NCBI GenBank assembly: GCA_903944345.1
Contig: CAJARJ010000014.1
Location: 990 to 64,989 of the forward strand
Length of the DNA: 64,000 nucleotides
Origin: Candidatus Omnitrophota bacterium
Lineage (GTDB): Bacteria > Omnitrophota > Gorgyraeia > Zapsychrales > Fredricksoniimonadaceae
Reading direction: 5' to 3'
The notes under the pieces are model-generated. The model was not told the origin of the DNA. It saw nothing but the letters and a program-made list of their open reading frames with translations, and did no database searches. Positions 18,151 to 27,969 of the stretch are shown here, piece after piece. The stretch's first letter is position 1. Every line of letters begins with the position of its first letter. The translations under genes were made by a program, and so were the position numbers.

Positions 18151-20482
18151 CCAGTGTCAAACAAAGCTTTTGAAAGTCCATCCCCGCTGCCATCGCCGCT
18201 TTGGGCAGAAGGCTGCTTGAAGTAAAACCGGGAATGGTATTGATCTCAAGAACATACCCGCGATAATCACTGCCCAGCAAAACATCCACCCGGCCAAAAC
18301 CTTCACAGCCAAGAGCCTTGTACGCCGCCAACGCTTCTGACTGAACCTTGAGCGCGACATCTTCCGGGATCTGGGCCGGGACAATATACCGGGTTTCCTG
18401 AGACTGATACTTGGCCTTAAAGTCATAGAAATTCTCCCCCGAGCGGATCTCAACCACCGGCAAAGGATTATTTCCGATAATGCCTACCGTCAATTCCCGT
18501 CCGCGGACAAAAGTCTGGATCAAAACTTCCGCTCCGAATTCAAAAGCCTTGCGAACACCTGAAATCAGACTTTCCCGCCCAAGAACAAGACTCACTCCGA
18601 TACTGGAACCTTCACAGGCAGGCTTGACAACAAAAGGATATTCACCAAGCGCCTGCTCGACTGCCTCGTAATCAAACGCATCCGGAGCGGGAAGAATCAA
18701 AGTCCCGGGGGTTCTGATTCCGGCAGATTCAAACAGCCGCTGGGCAACACATTTGTTAAAAGCGGCATAACTGGACGATGGCCCGCATCCATTGTAGGGG
18801 ATGTCCATTTCATCCAGAATCGATTGTATTCCGCCGTCCTCTCCAAACCTCCCGTGCAAAGCAATAAAAGCGACGTCCAGTCCTTCTCTCTTGATCCATT
18901 CTTTAACCTGATGCCGGTCTTCGGTCAATAAATCCATAGGCACAACCCGGCAACCCGCTTCGGTCAAAGCCTTGATCACCGCAGCCCCGGAACGCAGGGA
19001 AACCTCCCGTTCGGAAGATTTCCCCCCCATGATAACTCCGATCTTCCCCAACTGAGCTGCGGAAAAAGATAATGCCGTGGTTCGAGACTCGGCGGCCAGC
19101 CGTCCGAGCAACTCGTCGGAAACATGAGTAATATCTCCCGCGCCCAGAGTCAATACAAGATCCCCGGGTCTGACCTCTGCTGCCAGCCGATCGACCAGCT
19201 GCTCTTTTTTTAAATAAGAAATATCCCGTACGCCATTATTTTTCATAAGGGTAAACAGCTTCTCTGCCGAAACATCCTCAATCGGCTTTTCCCCTGCGGG
19301 ATAAATATCGGTCAAAAAGACCTTGTCTGCCAGACTAAAGGAAGCCGCAAATTCCTGCATCAGAAACTTTGTCCGGCTGTAGCGATGCGGCTGAAAAGCA
19401 ACCAGCAGTCGTTTGCGATCAAGAGTTTTGGCTGTCTGCAGTGTTGCGGCAATCTCCGTGGGATGATGCCCGTAATCATCCACGACCAGAACTCCCGCAG
19501 CTTCACCTTTACGCTGGAAGCGACGCTGGACGCCGCAGAAATCAGCCAGGGCTTCGGCAATCACCCCGGGCTGAATCTTCAGCTCATTACCGAGCGCAAC
19601 AACTGCCAGAGAATTCAAAACATTGTGCTTTCCGGGAATCCTGAGTGAAAAACGGGAAAAAAACCTGCCCCGATGGTAACAGTCATAGGAGGATCCGGAA
19701 GCGTCACACTGGATATTACCGGCTGTCCAGTCATGCCCTTCGCCAAAACCGTAAGACACCACCCGGCGTCCGCTGGCAGTGACAATCCTGGATAAATTCA
19801 GATCATCGCCACAAGCAATAATAACCCCTCCGGGAACTGTTCTTGCGGCGAAAACGGCATACGCCTCTTTAACCCCGTCAAAAGTGTGATAATGATCCAG
19901 GTGCTCCGCATCAACATTCGTGATAATCGAAAAATGCGGCGAAAAATACAAAAAAGATCCGTCACTTTCGTCAACCTCAGCCACAATATGTCGCCCCATA
20001 CCAAGACTGGCATTATAATTTCCCTGGTTGACAATGCCCCCCACAAACGTGGTTGGCTTCAGTCCGGCCTTGATCAGAAGTAATGAGGCCAATGACGAGG
20101 TTGTGGTCTTGCCGTGTGCCCCGGCCACCGTGATCCCCACCTCCTTGTTGACCAAATGCGCCAATAGCTCGGCCCGGCGCAAAACAGGAACATGCTGGCT
20201 GTGCGCATGAAACATTTCGGGATTATCCATCTTGACTGCCGAGGAATACACAACGCAATCGGCCGATCCGATATTGCGGATATCATGGCCGATATGCACC
20301 CGCGCTCCTTTTTCAGTCAACTGCCGGGTCAGGTCACTTTCTTTCAAATCCGAGCCACTGACCTGATAACCTTTGGCCAGCATTAACAAGGCAAGGTTCC
20401 CCATCCCCATCCCGCCGATACCAATAAAGTGATAATGTTTGTGGGCTTTTTTAGGCTCGCTGCGACCTTCACTCATTTTCAT
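18098..20482 (-). CDS. Fused UDP-N-acetylmuramate--L-alanine ligase / D-alanine--D-alanine ligase (MurC-Ddl)
   Basis: N-terminal MurC (HFIGIGGMGMGNLA... ...GAHGKTTT). In the same frame with no stop, Ddl follows (KIGVIMGGKSSEREVSLRSG... ...VEINTIPG). Confidence 0.85.
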   Translation of the reverse strand: MKMSEGRSEPKKAHKHYHFIGIGGMGMGNLALLMLAKGYQVSGSDLKESDLTRQLTEKGARVHIGHDIRNIGSADCVVYSSAVKMDNPEMFHAHSQHVPVLRRAELLAHLVNKEVGITVAGAHGKTTTSSLASLLLIKAGLKPTTFVGGIVNQGNYNASLGMGRHIVAEVDESDGSFLYFSPHFSIITNVDAEHLDHYHTFDGVKEAYAVFAARTVPGGVIIACGDDLNLSRIVTASGRRVVSYGFGEGHDWTAGNIQCDASGSSYDCYHRGRFFSRFSLRIPGKHNVLNSLAVVALGNELKIQPGVIAEALADFCGVQRRFQRKGEAAGVLVVDDYGHHPTEIAATLQTAKTLDRKRLLVAFQPHRYSRTKFLMQEFAASFSLADKVFLTDIYPAGEKPIEDVSAEKLFTLMKNNGVRDISYLKKEQLVDRLAAEVRPGDLVLTLGAGDITHVSDELLGRLAAESRTTALSFSAAQLGKIGVIMGGKSSEREVSLRSGAAVIKALTEAGCRVVPMDLLTEDRHQVKEWIKREGLDVAFIALHGRFGEDGGIQSILDEMDIPYNGCGPSSSYAAFNKCVAQRLFESAGIRTPGTLILPAPDAFDYEAVEQALGEYPFVVKPACEGSSIGVSLVLGRESLISGVRKAFEFGAEVLIQTFVRGRELTVGIIGNNPLPVVEIRSGENFYDFKAKYQSQETRYIVPAQIPEDVALKVQSEALAAYKALGCEGFGRVDVLLGSDYRGYVLEINTIPGFTSSSLLPKAAMAAGMDFQKLCLTLVEMAYGKKKERSAAALR

Positions 20483-20531
20483 GACAACTTTTCTCCATAG
20501 ACATAATCATTTCCAAATGCTTCCTTGCGGA

Positions 20532-21632
20532 TCATTCCGGCACAGCTTGTCCTGCCCGGGCGCACGAAAGTATCTCATCCGCCAGTTTTTGCCCCGGATC
20601 AGGATAAAATTCATCGATAACACTGTTTTGAAGAATTTGGCTGGAATGCGTCAGCGCCAGTACCTTGAAAATCTTATCTCCAAGGATAGCCGAACTCAAG
20701 AACTTTTCCTCAATTATTGCAGTTGCCTGCCTGCGCTCAAGAACACAGGCATTCATCCACTGATGATGGCCGGCACCAGGAAACGGAACAAGAACCGCAG
20801 GCACCCCCAGAACGCCCAGCTCGGTCACAGTTCCCGCACCGGCGCGGGTAACGGCGCAATCACAGGCCGCATAAGCCTCGTCAATATTGGCGATAAAAGG
20901 CCGTACGCAAGAAGGCTTTCCCAGATCATGATACTTCTTTTGATAAAAAGAATATTCCGTCTGTCCGCAAGATAAAATCACCTGAAAAGATTTCTCCGGG
21001 GGCAAGGAAGAGTACATCTCAAAAAAACACTCGTTGATACGCCGACTGCCCTGGCTGCCGCCAAAGACCAGAACCACTTTCTGCGCAGGATCAAGATTGA
21101 AACGGCGCACCGCATCCGCCCGGCTTAAAGATGTGTCGAACGAACGTACCGGAGTACCGGTCCAGACTGTTTTTGCGCGAGGGAAATATTCAAGTCCGGC
21201 ACGAAACCCTACGCATACTTTGCTGACAAATCCGGCCAACAGCCTGTTCGCTGATCCGGGAACAACATTCTGCTCATGGATTATCGTCGGAACAAAATGC
21301 AGGAGTCCGGCCAGAACCGCCGGGAATGAACTGTAGCCGCCAAAACCAATCACCACATCCGGCCTGAAACGCCCGATCACCCGCGCCGACCTAAGAACGC
21401 CCCTTACCATCATTCCGACAGACAAAAACTTGTCAGTGACCTTTTTGGCAACAAATCCCCTGGCAGGAACAATTTCAAACAAAAAACCGCGCTGACGCAA
21501 AACAGCTTCTGCCGAACCAAGCGCCCCAACGAAAAAGACATCAACGCCGCGACGACGCAACTCTTCGGCAACAAAAACAGCGGGATAAATATGCCCGCCT
21601 GTCCCTCCGGTGGCAATCAAAACTCTGGCCAT
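20532..21632 (-). CDS. murG: UDP-GlcNAc:undecaprenyl-PP-MurNAc-pentapeptide GlcNAc transferase
   Basis: MARVLIATGGTGGHIYPA... ...GGSQGSRRINE. Confidence 0.9.
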   Translation of the reverse strand: MARVLIATGGTGGHIYPAVFVAEELRRRGVDVFFVGALGSAEAVLRQRGFLFEIVPARGFVAKKVTDKFLSVGMMVRGVLRSARVIGRFRPDVVIGFGGYSSFPAVLAGLLHFVPTIIHEQNVVPGSANRLLAGFVSKVCVGFRAGLEYFPRAKTVWTGTPVRSFDTSLSRADAVRRFNLDPAQKVVLVFGGSQGSRRINECFFEMYSSLPPEKSFQVILSCGQTEYSFYQKKYHDLGKPSCVRPFIANIDEAYAACDCAVTRAGAGTVTELGVLGVPAVLVPFPGAGHHQWMNACVLERRQATAIIEEKFLSSAILGDKIFKVLALTHSSQILQNSVIDEFYPDPGQKLADEILSCARAGQAVPE

Positions 21633-21636
21633 AAAC

Positions 21637-22731
21637 TTAACCCCCCAGATCCTGCGCTCGGGAAACATTCAAGACAAGACCAACAATCGTCATATTAAAT
21701 ATCAGGGCCGATCCGCCATAACTGATGAAAGGCAACGGCAGTCCTTTAGTCGGTAAAGCACCTATGCTGACCCCGAAGTTAACCAGAACCTGGATAGAGA
21801 TCATAATCATGATCCCCAGACAAAGATAATACCCGAAAGGCTCATGGGTATTGCGAATAATTCTTGTTCCATACCAGATAAAAAGCGTAAAAAGAATAAT
21901 GACTGTCATAACTCCTAGGAATCCCAGTTCCTCGCCGATAATCGCAAAAATGAAATCCGTGTGCGCCGCAGGAAGATAAAACAACTTTTGTACACTTTTG
22001 CCAAGGCCGACACCCCAGAGTCCCCCGGATCCAAGAGCGATCTGGGACTGTGATAACTGAAAGCCTGCCCCCAAAGGATCACTCCAGGGATCAAGAAAAG
22101 CCACCACCCGCCGCAAACGGTACGGTGCCGAAATAATCAAGGCGGCCGCAACCGGCAACGCCATCAGAAAAATCCCCAGCAAGTGGGCTTTCTTTCCTCC
22201 AGCCAGACAAAGCATCATAAGCGCAATTGTAAACACCAAAACAGTATTGCCCATATCCGGCTGCTTGATGATCAAGCCACAGAGCAGTCCGGTCACAATC
22301 ATAACCGGAAGAAAGCCTTTTTTGAAACTGCGCAGGCATTCCTGTCTTCTGGTAAGAAAGTCCGCCATATAAAGAATCAGGGCAATTTTGGCAAACTCTG
22401 AAGGCTGGAAATTAATCGGCCCGAGACTAAACCAGCGTCGGGCTCCGGAAGAAATTCTTCCTATACCAGGCACCAGCACCAGAACAAGCAGCCCAATAGC
22501 AACCAGCAGAATCAATCTTGAATGCTTCTGCAGATCCCGATAATCCACAATCATCGCAATCCACATCATGACACTCCCGATCAGCATAAACATCAAATGC
22601 CGGGTCAGAAAATGCGAAGAATTTTTCATGACCTCCTGAGCGTAAATCGCGCTGGAACTGTAAATCATAACCGTTCCCAGCGCGAGCAAAACGCAAAAAA
22701 CCATGAAAAAACGGATACGAATATCCCGCAT
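21637..22731 (-). CDS. ftsW: FtsW/RodA/SpoVE-family peptidoglycan glycosyltransferase (FtsW by context)
   Basis: Ten-TM SEDS protein located in the dcw cluster. Confidence 0.9.
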   Translation of the reverse strand: MRDIRIRFFMVFCVLLALGTVMIYSSSAIYAQEVMKNSSHFLTRHLMFMLIGSVMMWIAMIVDYRDLQKHSRLILLVAIGLLVLVLVPGIGRISSGARRWFSLGPINFQPSEFAKIALILYMADFLTRRQECLRSFKKGFLPVMIVTGLLCGLIIKQPDMGNTVLVFTIALMMLCLAGGKKAHLLGIFLMALPVAAALIISAPYRLRRVVAFLDPWSDPLGAGFQLSQSQIALGSGGLWGVGLGKSVQKLFYLPAAHTDFIFAIIGEELGFLGVMTVIILFTLFIWYGTRIIRNTHEPFGYYLCLGIMIMISIQVLVNFGVSIGALPTKGLPLPFISYGGSALIFNMTIVGLVLNVSRAQDLGG

Positions 22732-22740
22732 AAGTCCTCT

Positions 22741-23994
22741 CTACAAACTATTAACAACATCCTTGAACACTCGTCCACGCTGTTCAAAATTGTCAAACAT
22801 ATCGTAACTGGCAAACATCGGACTGAGCAATACCTTCTGCCCGGCTGCGGCATGCCGTCGGGCAGCCAAAACAGCAGCGGACATGTCCGTATATTCTTCC
22901 AGCGGCACCACCCCTTCGAAGGCCTCGCGCAAAGTTTTGCGCACCGCATCTTCCCTGGTCAGAACGATCATCACTTTGACCGTCGCCCGCACCAGCTCTC
23001 GTAATCCGCGATAATCCATACCCTTGTCATGCCCGCCGCAAATAAGAACCAGTGGCCCGGGAGTGTTCGCCAGCGCCCAGCGCCCCGATTCAACGGTGGT
23101 GGACTTTGAATCATTGATATACTCAACGCCGTCCAACAACCTGACTTTTTCCAAGCGGTGTTCAACGCCCGCAAAGGAATCAAAAACACCACGGGCGACC
23201 TCGGCAGTCACTCCAAAAATTCTGCCTACAGCCGCGGCAGCCGTCTGGTTGGGATTCCCCTTTTCTTCAGGAGCATTAAAATACCGGATTCCGGCCTTTA
23301 GACCTTCCGGCAAACCGCGGGACCATTCATCCTGAGCATTGATCAAGGCATAATCAGAAGACTCCTGGTTACGAAAAATCTTCTTCTTGGCCTCGAAATA
23401 ATCCTGCATGTCCGGATGCCGGTCAAGATGGTTCTGGCTGAAATTGGTGATCAAGGCCACATACGGACGAAAAGTTTCTGTCAATTCCAGCTGAAAAGAG
23501 CTGATCTCGACCACAAACACATCAAACTGATCACCGGAAACATACTGCGAGAACGGCTGGCCAATATTCCCGCACAAACAAACTTTTTTCCCCCCGGCCT
23601 CAAGTACCCTGGCAATCAGGGTCACTGTCGTGGTTTTCCCGTTGCTTCCGGTAACCGCAACCACCGGTTTACGGCAAAAACGCCAGGCAAATTCAATCTC
23701 CCCGATCACGGGAATGCTTTGGGCACGCGCCCACTGCAGCGCGAGCGCGTCACGCCAGACTCCCGGACTGGCCACAACATAATCACTGGCCTGAATAAAA
23801 GCCGGAGTGTGCCCCCCGCTTTCAATCTGAACCCGGCTGCGATCCCTCAGCCCTTTTAAAGCCGCTTCCAGTTCACTTAACGGTCTAGTATCCGTTATAC
23901 GCACATCCGCCCCGGACGCAAGGGCAAGGTTGGCGGCAGCAATTCCGCTACGCGCGGCTCCCACAATAGTTACAATCCTGTTGTGCAAATCCAT
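22741..23994 (-). CDS. murD: UDP-N-acetylmuramoylalanine--D-glutamate ligase
   Basis: Mur ligase with ...VTGSNGKTTT... Confidence 0.9.
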   Translation of the reverse strand: MDLHNRIVTIVGAARSGIAAANLALASGADVRITDTRPLSELEAALKGLRDRSRVQIESGGHTPAFIQASDYVVASPGVWRDALALQWARAQSIPVIGEIEFAWRFCRKPVVAVTGSNGKTTTVTLIARVLEAGGKKVCLCGNIGQPFSQYVSGDQFDVFVVEISSFQLELTETFRPYVALITNFSQNHLDRHPDMQDYFEAKKKIFRNQESSDYALINAQDEWSRGLPEGLKAGIRYFNAPEEKGNPNQTAAAAVGRIFGVTAEVARGVFDSFAGVEHRLEKVRLLDGVEYINDSKSTTVESGRWALANTPGPLVLICGGHDKGMDYRGLRELVRATVKVMIVLTREDAVRKTLREAFEGVVPLEEYTDMSAAVLAARRHAAAGQKVLLSPMFASYDMFDNFEQRGRVFKDVVNSL

Positions 23995-24028
23995 AAAACC
24001 TTCCCGCCTGATTTTGCCTGGACTTCTA

Positions 24029-25123
24029 CTAACGTATCTTCAGGGTTGTCAACGTCAGTAAAACCAGAATAATACCCACTATCCAAAAACGTATTACGAT
24101 TTTCGATTCCTTCCAGTTCAGCTTTTGTAAATGATGATGAAAAGGAGAGCACAAAAAAATACGCTTGCCTGTCAGCTTGAAGGATGTGACCTGCATAATA
24201 ACCGACAAAGCCTCCCAGACGAAAACACCGCCCAAAATCCCCAGAAGCATTTCTTTCTTGATAAAAACAGCAATAATTCCCAGAGTGCCCCCCAGAGAGA
24301 GCGCTCCAACATCCCCCATAAAAACCGATGCGGGATGACAATTAAACCACAGAAAACCCAGACTGGCACCGATAATTGCAGTACAAAACACCGTCAGCTC
24401 ACCCGCATTGGGAATATAGGGAATAAAAAGATACTGACTAAAAGCAATATGTCCTGTTATATAAGCCAAAATGCTCAGTGCTATCGCCACCATCAGTGTG
24501 CATCCAATGGCCAACCCGTCCAGGCCATCCGTCAGATTAACAGCATTGGACGTTCCAACAACAATCAGCATAACGAGAATAATATAGCCCGCCCCCAAAT
24601 CAACCACCATCTTCTTCATGAAAGGGATATCGAGGGTTGTATCAACATGCAACTGGGTATACAAATACAAACTTACAATCGCCGCCAAAAGAACCTGCCA
24701 GATAATCTTGGTACGGGAACTCATCCCGTTCTTGTTGATGCCGGAAATTTTCAGATAATCATCAAAGAAGCCCACCACCGCCAGCCAGATCATGGTCACC
24801 AGCGTCAAAAGAATGTATGGATTGGATAAGTCTGCCCATAGAAGAACCGACACGGCAATACTACCGATAATCAGTATCCCTCCCATCGTGGGTGTCCCCT
24901 GCTTGGACTGATAATGTGCCGCGCCCAACGCAGCCTCACGTCCCCCGCCAGTCACCGGCTTTTCGCCTAAATTCCATTCCTTAAGCTTACGGATAAACCA
25001 CGGACCGATTACAACACACAGAAGAAATGTAGTCACCGCAGCCATGCCGGCACGAAATGTAATATACTTGAAAATATTCAAAGGAAAAAACTCAAAGCGA
25101 AACTGCGAAAGCCAATAAAGCAT
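24029..25123 (-). CDS. mraY: Phospho-N-acetylmuramoyl-pentapeptide transferase
   Basis: Polytopic membrane protein with ...NAVNLTDGLDGLA... Confidence 0.9.
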   Translation of the reverse strand: MLYWLSQFRFEFFPLNIFKYITFRAGMAAVTTFLLCVVIGPWFIRKLKEWNLGEKPVTGGGREAALGAAHYQSKQGTPTMGGILIIGSIAVSVLLWADLSNPYILLTLVTMIWLAVVGFFDDYLKISGINKNGMSSRTKIIWQVLLAAIVSLYLYTQLHVDTTLDIPFMKKMVVDLGAGYIILVMLIVVGTSNAVNLTDGLDGLAIGCTLMVAIALSILAYITGHIAFSQYLFIPYIPNAGELTVFCTAIIGASLGFLWFNCHPASVFMGDVGALSLGGTLGIIAVFIKKEMLLGILGGVFVWEALSVIMQVTSFKLTGKRIFLCSPFHHHLQKLNWKESKIVIRFWIVGIILVLLTLTTLKIR

Positions 25124-25126
25124 ACG

Positions 25127-26494
25127 CTATCCTTTCAGGAACAAAAGCAGATCCTTAACCACATTCTCCATCTTCATCCCGCGCGAACCTTTAACCAGAA
25201 CCGCATCCCCCGAACGGACATTCTCGCGTAAAAATGACAAAACCTCCTGCTGATCAGAACAGGAAACAACCCGGGTCTGTCCAGCGCCCTGCACAGCCCC
25301 TTGGGCGATATGTCGGGCCAGATTCCCGCAAGTCAAAAGAATATCAATCTTCCTGTCGGTCACGAATTCTCCGGCCTGTCGATGCAGATCTTGCGCTCCA
25401 GATCCCAATTCCAGCATATCAGCCGCCACCAGAATCGAGCGCGCGGGTCTTAGCATCTGCAGTGTACACACAGCATTCCTGAAAGAAACCGGATTGGCGT
25501 TATAGGCATCATCGATAACCGTCACACGCCCGGCACGGTGAAAGCACTGCCGCCCCGCCGGAGCACGGAAACGCAGCAACCCGCGGCGTATCTCGGAAAA
25601 AGGAATCTTCATCTCCCGGGCACAGGCGATCGCCGCCAAGGCATTATACAGGTTTCCGGGAACAGGGTCCTTCAGACGAAAAGCCTCTTTCCCCACACAA
25701 AAAGCCAGACCTTTGCGGCTGATTTCAACCTTTGTCGCCCGGATATCAGAAGGCTTGTCCACCGAGAACGTCACAGTTCTTAACGATGAAAACATCCCGG
25801 GCAGCCGAAATAAGCGGGCATCATCATTATTGACCACTAATAATCCTCCGGCGCGCACATACGCGGCCAGAGCCGCTTTCTCCTGAAAAACCCCGTCAGG
25901 AGAACCCAACCCTTCCAGATGCGATGGCCCGACATTGGTAAAAACCGCCACATCCGGCTCGACAATAGCCGCCAGACGGGCAATCTCGCCATGATGATTG
26001 GTTCCGGCCTCGATTACAGCCGCCTGATGCAAGGACTTCATTTTAAGCAGGGTTGCAGGCACCCCTATATGATTATTTTCTGTCCCTTTGTTAAACAGAA
26101 CGCGAAAGCGCGTCCCAAGAACAGCAGCGATCATTTCTTTGGTGGTGGTCTTTCCTGCACTTCCTGTCACCGCACAAATCCGGACACGGGAAAAGCTCTT
26201 CCGGTAAAACCGTGCCAGATCCCCGTAAGCCAGTACAGTATCCTTGACCGCAATCGCTACAACTCCAGCAGGAACAGGACAATTCCGGTCACTGATCAGC
26301 AGCGCCACCGCCCCGCCGGCAACAGCCTGGGCAAGGAAACAATGAGCATCAAAATGTTCGCCTTTAATCGCAACAAAAAGATCTCCTTTGCGGATATCGC
26401 GCGTATCTGTTGCTATCCGCCTGATCCGGATATCCGCCCCCCCCTGCAACAACTCTCCTGCAGTCGCCTGAAGGACTTCGCCTGCCGTCAGCAT
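25127..26494 (-). CDS. murF: UDP-MurNAc-tripeptide--D-alanyl-D-alanine ligase
   Basis: Mur ligase with ...VTGSAGKTTTKEM... Confidence 0.9.
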   Translation of the reverse strand: MLTAGEVLQATAGELLQGGADIRIRRIATDTRDIRKGDLFVAIKGEHFDAHCFLAQAVAGGAVALLISDRNCPVPAGVVAIAVKDTVLAYGDLARFYRKSFSRVRICAVTGSAGKTTTKEMIAAVLGTRFRVLFNKGTENNHIGVPATLLKMKSLHQAAVIEAGTNHHGEIARLAAIVEPDVAVFTNVGPSHLEGLGSPDGVFQEKAALAAYVRAGGLLVVNNDDARLFRLPGMFSSLRTVTFSVDKPSDIRATKVEISRKGLAFCVGKEAFRLKDPVPGNLYNALAAIACAREMKIPFSEIRRGLLRFRAPAGRQCFHRAGRVTVIDDAYNANPVSFRNAVCTLQMLRPARSILVAADMLELGSGAQDLHRQAGEFVTDRKIDILLTCGNLARHIAQGAVQGAGQTRVVSCSDQQEVLSFLRENVRSGDAVLVKGSRGMKMENVVKDLLLFLKG

Positions 26495-27969
26495 AAAACC
26501 TTTCCGTCCTGCCGCAAGCGCTTGCCGAGGAAACAGGACACAACAGAACTTTCCACAAAATCCAGCGTTTTATCTTTGAAAATCTGATAAGTTTCATGCC
26601 CTTTCCCGGCGAGCAGGACAATATCGTTCCTGCCGGCCATGGCCAGTGCCCGCTCAATGGCCTGCTGACGGTCTGGCTCAACTTCGTAATTCTCCCGGCT
26701 GAAACCAGGCAGGATTTCCTCAATAATAGCCAGCGGATCCTCGTTACGGGGATTATCCGAAGTAATGATGCAATAATCCGCCATCTCACCGGCCACACGC
26801 CCCATACGCGGACGTTTGGTCCGATCCCGGTCACCTCCGCAACCAAAAACAAGAATGAGACGATTATGCGCAACCCCCTTAAGACATTGCAAAACGTTAC
26901 GCAGACCATCATCCGTATGCGCGTAATCAATGTAAACACCAAAATCCTGTCCACAGTCAACCGGTTCCAGTCGTCCGGGAACATGTGCCAGCATATTGAT
27001 GCCCCGGCAAAGAACATCCAGCGAAAAACCTTCCGCCAGGCCGGCAGAGAATGCGGCCAGAATATTATAGATATTATGCTGACCTATAAAGGTGGTTTTG
27101 ACCTCGCATTCCCGGCCAAAAGCTTTGACCAGCAGACGGGTTCCCTTGAGACCAATCTCGCGCACCTCGGCGGTAATGTCCGCGGCAGAATGCAGGGCAT
27201 AAGAAATAACCCTCGCCCGGGTCAAGTTGCAAAGGCGGATTGCATAAGGATCATCATTATTGATCACCGCATAAGCATCCTCACTCAAAGACCGGAACAA
27301 AAGACTTTTGGCTGTAAAATATTCTTCCATTGTTCCGTGATAATCCAGATGGTCTCCGGTAAGATTGGTAAAAATGGCACCACAAAAATCAATCATATCC
27401 ACCCGTCCCTGAGCCAGGGCATGGGATGAAACTTCCATAACAGAATAAAGGATATTCTGAGTCGAAAGTGTGTGCAGAAACATCTGATTGTCCAGCATCC
27501 CGGGAGTGGTATTCTTCGCGGGCGAAACTTTTCCGCCTATACGGCAATTGACCGTTCCCGTAACGCCACAGGAGTGTCCTGCGGCGTTTAAAATCGACTC
27601 CAGCAGATAGGTAACAGTTGTCTTGCCATTAGTTCCCGTAACGCCAAGCACCCTGACCTGTCCGGAAGGCCTTGCGTAAAAACGCAATAATATCTGCTTA
27701 AACGCTTCGCGAGGATCTTCGACCGGAACCAACAGTGCCTGCGGATAGCTTTCCGAAAGAGAACGTGCCGTACGGCTATCAGCCAGCAAAACCGCTGCGC
27801 CTCGCTCCAGACCCTGACCGGCAAAATGTTCCGCACCCCGCATCAAAACCAGCAGGGATCCAGACATGACCCTCCGGGAATCATCCCACACGGAAGGAAC
27901 GCTGAGCGCTGGCAATCCGGCAATGACAGCCGGATCGGCCAGGCCAGACAAAAGTTCCCGCAAATTCAT
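26488..27969 (-). CDS. murE: UDP-MurNAc-L-Ala-D-Glu--2,6-diaminopimelate ligase
   Basis: Mur ligase with ...VTGTNGKTTVTYL... ...DNPRNEDP. Confidence 0.9.
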   Translation of the reverse strand: MNLRELLSGLADPAVIAGLPALSVPSVWDDSRRVMSGSLLVLMRGAEHFAGQGLERGAAVLLADSRTARSLSESYPQALLVPVEDPREAFKQILLRFYARPSGQVRVLGVTGTNGKTTVTYLLESILNAAGHSCGVTGTVNCRIGGKVSPAKNTTPGMLDNQMFLHTLSTQNILYSVMEVSSHALAQGRVDMIDFCGAIFTNLTGDHLDYHGTMEEYFTAKSLLFRSLSEDAYAVINNDDPYAIRLCNLTRARVISYALHSAADITAEVREIGLKGTRLLVKAFGRECEVKTTFIGQHNIYNILAAFSAGLAEGFSLDVLCRGINMLAHVPGRLEPVDCGQDFGVYIDYAHTDDGLRNVLQCLKGVAHNRLILVFGCGGDRDRTKRPRMGRVAGEMADYCIITSDNPRNEDPLAIIEEILPGFSRENYEVEPDRQQAIERALAMAGRNDIVLLAGKGHETYQIFKDKTLDFVESSVVSCFLGKRLRQDGKVLC

